DNA of 64,000 nucleotides, taken from NCBI RefSeq assembly GCF_036321535.1, contig NC_087437.1, positions 122,452,001 to 122,516,000 of the forward strand. The letters run 5' to 3'. The position numbers and the translations under genes are program-made. Below are positions 60,021-64,000 of the stretch, piece by piece. Within the stretch, counting starts at the first letter, position 1, and each line of letters opens with the position of its first letter. Origin of the DNA: Camelus dromedarius (lineage: Eukaryota). The notes under the pieces were generated by a model that had not been told where the DNA came from, did not search any database, and was given only the letters and a program-made list of their open reading frames with translations.

Positions 60021-63000
60021 GTCAGTAACAGCTGCGGAGGCCCCAGGCAGGGCGCCCCTGCGCCACCCAGACCCACCTTCTTTTCATCCAGAAAATGTCC
60101 TTTGGGTAACAGAAGTGGTTCTTGATGCTTCTGTGGCTTGGCAGGCCCAGACCCAGTGGTATGGGGGCCTCTCTGGGGGCCCTGATAAGTGCCTGGTCTC
60201 CTGCTCTGGTGGACAGTCCCTGACGATGGGGGACCTGCTGCCTGCATGCTGCCCCACCCTCCTTCTTCCATGTGTCCTGTGCTGGGTGTGCGAGGCAGGG
60301 CTGGGGCTGTAGTCTTCCTCTTCCGCACACCAAGTTAGACACCCCCAGCCTGGGGAGAAGTGTCAGAGTTAGTCATAGAGTTGCGCAGATCTTTTCCAAA
60401 TCACCCCATCCTTTAAATTACATTAACCTTAGGAAAACATTGCAAACCTTCCATCATTTGAAATCATGTTTTTTAAACAATAACGTTTAAATAATAACGT
60501 AGCTGGCACACAAGGCCCACACGTGTTCTTGCACTCATGCCTTAGAAAGGAGTCCTCCTCGACGGTGCGTCAGTGCTGCTGGAGCGTGTCTTGACACCAT
60601 TTTTTCTAGAGTGGAGGGAAGAAACCTGGGGTGACGAGCAGCCCTGAGACCAGTCAGCTGGCGCGAGGTGGAGCCAGGCTGACTCAGTTCTGAGTCCGGT
60701 TCATTTTCTTTGCTTTTGGTTGCTGTTCTGCTGAAACTGAGATGGCACATCAGCAGTGCACCTGTGACCACTGGGCAGCGTTCCCAGGTCCTAGCGGGTT
60801 AGACACCACCAGCAGGCGCTGGTCTCAGGTGCTGAGCTACTTTCACGTAAAGCTTGGTCATTAGCTGGACGGGGTGTTCAGAATGACCGATGTCTTCAGC
60901 CTCAGCGTCCTCACTGACACTTTTCATTTTTCCTTTGGTTGAATCAGCACACCATGTCTGCGTATTTCTCTTGAGCTTGTGTCTTCTCTGTGATGTGAGT
61001 CTTAGAGGAGAACTCACAATGCCTCTCTCGACCTGCTTCCACGAGCTGCCAAGACCGCCGGGGTCGGGCTGTCAGGTGTCCTGGGCAACGTGCTTTACGA
61101 GAAAAGGCCCCTTGAGAAACAGCGCCTGGATTGTTTTGTTAACTTTCTTGGGGGTCCTACAAATGGCTGGTGGTTACCCACCTGTCCTCAGTGGCGTCTA
61201 CGGTGCAGAGCTTGACAGCAGCCTAGGCGATCTGCTTTTCCTGTGAGTCATGGTGACAGCTTACTGGCAGTAGGCAGTGGCTCCAGTGTGGGAAACGCTG
61301 GTGTTTGAATGTTCTCTTAGCATAGGTCAGCCTCCCGCAGTAGAGCAGGTGCTTGTGGCTTGACTGTCTCAGCCGGTGCTGAGCTGTCATAAACACTGCT
61401 TCCTGGTGGGATAGAAATAAAAGCATTTTTAACATGAAAAACTGACCGCAGTTCAGAATGTTTGACCATAGAGCCCTGACTTCCCTGTGGCCGTGGGGTC
61501 TTTTGACTGTACTTGTATTTGAGTTGGTGTCTTCATTCTCTGAAAGGTCCTGGCTGTAAGGACTCATAGGCAGGTTTATCACCTCTGGGGGTAGAGGACT
61601 CCTGACGTCTGCAGGTGTGGCTGGGAACACCTCTCCTCCTGTCCCACTCTCCTGGTCTCACGTACATGCGTGATGAGTTCCAGTTAGTTCTACGAATCTT
61701 AACTTGGGCTCCGCCTAACACCCTACTGCTGTCTGCAAGCTTCATAGGCCAAGTGTTTTACTGGAAATACTCCATTCCCTCTCCTTTTCATAAAAACCAC
61801 CCTTGTTTTAGTTTCTGACACTAGAGAATTCTTCAGTTTGGGCTAAAGAAATACAGAAAGAAGACTATAATAGGTAAAAAATTTGAGGTAGAAAATGTTA
61901 GGTAAAGGTAATTTAAAAATAAATGTCATTTTCAATTTTGAGTTAAAGAAAATCAAATACATAAAACTTTGGGATGCAAATTAAATGCCTGTATCTAAAA
62001 GCAGTACTTGTAAGTACAGTAGTTCATTTTTATTTTGAGTGCAGTTTGTTTATTTTTATGCAGATATTTTAAAAACTACTTTGTAGTTAAGATTACCATT
62101 TATTCCTTTTTTCATAAATAATGTAAAAATCATGCTTTCTTTTTGCTAGATTGGGAAGGGTGAGGAGGTTTTAAACTGAGAACACTGTGATAGGTATACT
62201 TTAAAATGCTAATTCATCGATATCAAGCTTTTTCCGGGGTTGTAAAATCTCTTGTCATTAAAGTTAGATGTTTCCAAATGATGTTTTCTGCCATTGTTAA
62301 TGGTGAGTTTGCATTTTGCTCCCATGTAATTTCATCTCTCTACATATTTAAAAAATTCTTAGTTTGCATTCTGCCTAGGTCATGAAATGATAGATAAATG
62401 ATTGGAATTTTAAAGTGTCTGCATCTGTGATGGCAGGAGCATTCATTTAAAAATTAAAGATTACAGATCAGTGTCAGTTCTCATGAGTGGACGAGTGTTG
62501 CTGTGGTCCAGACCTGATACTCTCCAGACTCAGTGGTAGCAGTGGTCTGTAGCAGCTTGCAACCAGCCGGTACCCGAAAAGATACACGTGCCTCATCGTG
62601 AAAACGAAACACAGAATGTGCAGACAGCGGAAGGAGTGACCTTAAACATTTTCTGTATCTAACGTAGTTTGTCTTTAAATGGGACATTGGTACGTTCTGC
62701 CTTAAAGACCTGATTGCAGCCTCTTAACAGTGAGATGTATTAAACTGCCAGGAGGGTAGTTTTTATGTTTTAGGTTTATTCTTTGATGACGGCAGAGGTT
62801 TTGTGTCTTTGTGATATTCAACTTACTTTTTGGGGGAATAGGAGTAAGTTATAGAAACCTAGCTATTTTTATAATATAACAAAAAATAGTCCAATAAAAA
62901 TTGATTTCAAAATGTGTTTCTGCTTCATTGAGGGAGATTTCTAGTAAAATGTCATTAGATCGTTAGGAAGGCAAGTTACTCACGCCTGTCCCTGTGCTGT

Positions 63001-63245
63001 CATTGTGGTTCTGGTCTAGTTCCCTCTGAGCACCGGATGCCACACACATGCAGAGCTGGACGTGCCATGCCGGGGAGTTCAGAGTTCACAGGATCCTGGC
63101 GTGGCCTGGTCAACCAGAAAAACAAAGCCGATCGGAATGCTGCATTCCTTGCCCAGAGCTCAGCTAGTGAAGCTTTAGTCAGTGGGGTTTAAGCAGCAGC
63201 TTGGTATTAATGTTCTTTTATCTTGGGTTTGTTTTTCAAAAGCAG

Positions 63246-63380
63246 ATTTGCACTCTGCCCCTCCTGATGTCACCACGGGCCTCGTGCAGCACCAGCACGC
63301 TCACAGAGAGCGCCCACAGCTGGCTTCTGTGAGAGGAGTCCCTCGAGGGTGCGGTGGGAGCGTCCTGGAGACGGCGGGAG
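63246..63380 (+). CDS. DIP2A: DIP2A exon 6 (135 nt); gene continues beyond the window
   Basis: aaagcag|AT...G|gtaagc; LHSAPPDVTTGLV..ERPQLASVRGVPRGCGGSVLETAG. Confidence 0.94.
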
Positions 63381-64000
63381 GTAAGCATACCTCTCTTCCT
63401 CCTTTTCAGATAGCGGAGCACAGGTATTGCACCTCACCTTGGTGTCTTCTCTTTAGCAAACCTGAGCCGGTCATCAGTTACAATCCTAGTGCATTTAAAT
63501 TGCCCACGTGTGTATCACATGGAGAAATAATCAGGAATAGCCTTGGAGTTGGTCAGATGGGGAGCGAGGAAAGTAGGGGGAGAAAGCCTTCACATTTAAA
63601 TTGCATGTGCCAGGTGTTTGGATCTGTGGCATTGGAGGAGAACGAGAAGGGGGGGACGTTTCTTTCTGTGGACCAGTGTGGGATTAGTGCGAGCGTGGCC
63701 CCGCCGGTGACAGCGGCCCTGCCGGCGACAGCAGCCCCCACACCCTCCCTCCTGCAGGTCGTGTTTACCCGTGTGCAGCCCTGAGAATTCAGTGCAATTC
63801 TCATTTCCTCATTTGTACCATTTCCTTTTGAGACAGCTTCCAGTGCCTTTTAACAAGATCACATGGAGTTTTCTTTCCAGTGTACCAGATTTGAGTGGCA
63901 GGAAAATTCAGAGGATCTCCAATCTAAGACCTAAACGTGTTTTGATGCTCCCAAGCAGTCGGTCAGATTTTGTTGAGGTCTTTCAGCTCCTTGTCCAGAT

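Noticed and set aside
1..64000. tRNA, rRNA, snoRNA or miRNA genes
   Set aside because: None recognisable by eye; an Infernal/Rfam or tRNAscan-SE search would be needed to exclude them

Overview
This is mammalian (eutherian) genomic DNA, not prokaryotic. The + strand carries the last 18 coding exons of PCNT (pericentrin; coiled-coil region and C-terminal PACT domain). All 18 splice in frame to 3714 nt (1237 aa + TGA at 27181-27183). About 8 kb of intergenic DNA follows, mostly a decayed antisense ERVL provirus and MaLR LTRs. Next come the DIP2A CpG-island promoter and coding exons 1-6 (ATG at 35477). PCNT followed by DIP2A matches the order known at human 21q22.3. Introns hold old and younger LINE-1 pieces, a Charlie/hAT remnant and tandem repeats. 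The style of the younger L1s and the absence of recognisable Alu, Bov-A or PRE SINEs weakly suggest a camelid-like cetartiodactyl (inference only). Most ORFs in the supplied track are GC-rich or repeat artefacts. I found no new multi-gene system. The most unusual structures are: a 3.1-kb TSD-flanked, poly(A)-tailed chimeric ORF1-only L1 retroposon in DIP2A intron 2; an ERVL 5' LTR plus primer-binding site absorbed into the DIP2A CpG island; an alternating 43/46-bp minisatellite next to the DIP2A exon-1 donor; and several alternative splice and poly(A) signals in PCNT. Comparisons with human proteins and repeat consensuses are from memory and need confirmation by alignment or RepeatMasker.
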